The position numbers and the translations under genes were made by a program. The notes under the pieces were generated by a model that worked only from the letters and a program-made list of their open reading frames with translations, searched no databases and was not told where the DNA came from. A DNA stretch of 63,968 bases, filler included, from Phoronis australis (taxonomy: Eukaryota; Animalia; Phoronida): NCBI GenBank assembly GCA_002633005.1. It is 6 parts of 6 records of this genome, joined end to end, with 100 filler letters (N's around TTAATTAATTAA, not from the genome) between each part and the next. Parts side by side here need not be neighbours in the genome. Positions count along the whole stretch, not along the records: positions 59,955 to 63,968 come from NMRA01002746.1; 5 more parts are not named here. One strand, written 5' to 3'. Shown one piece after another: positions 63,728 through 63,968 of this stretch; within the stretch, counting starts at the first letter, position 1, and each line of letters starts with the position of its first letter.

Positions 63728-63930
63728 CACATGTGGCGGGCGTAGGAGTCGGTATAAATTGGCGTCACCCGGATAATGGGAGGTCGGGATTCGGAGGTCG
63801 TGGAAATAGGAGGTGAGCAGTCGATTTGTGTGTGCCCCATGTAATGTTTTGTACCTTCACACGAGTCTAAACATGTTGACGCGTCAAATATACCCAACAA
63901 GAGCAACGCAGAGCGTTGAAATGCGCCCAC
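63728..63930 (-). CDS. Possible exon of an unidentified gene
   Basis: GC-richer block with two open frames ending at TG|gtgagt; no recognisable homology. Confidence 0.2.
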
Positions 63931-63968
63931 AATTGCACCGCATACGGTATCCTTCTGGGGTTGTTTAT

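Overview
Eukaryotic, intron-rich invertebrate genomic DNA (lophotrochozoan-like by impression, not provable here). The window is not one locus: six independent pieces are joined by an artificial 100-bp linker (N44-TTAATTAATTAA-N44), and several single-N gaps sit beside near-identical duplications that look like collapsed haplotypes. Genes resolved by walking GT-AG splice sites: a tetraspanin (-, 4 exons seen), an FKBPL-like FKBP/TPR co-chaperone (-, CDS in one exon), RPL35 (-, partial, present twice), BRI3 (+, partial), Son of sevenless (+, 14 exons from the DH/PH linker to the stop), the last exon of a single-pass membrane protein (-), the first coding exon of TDP-43 (+), and two exons of a probable dynamin-like GTPase (-). 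There are also tRNA-derived SINEs, several MITE families, and LINE RT, THAP and integrase relics. The most unusual signals are in SOS: a 40-bp array amplified from a real splice donor, in which each unit carries a donor-like site plus its own antisense copy, a parallel array of YAG|GTATG acceptors, and a PH domain that appears to lack a loop present in mammalian SOS1. No new system is demonstrated; these are testable hypotheses.
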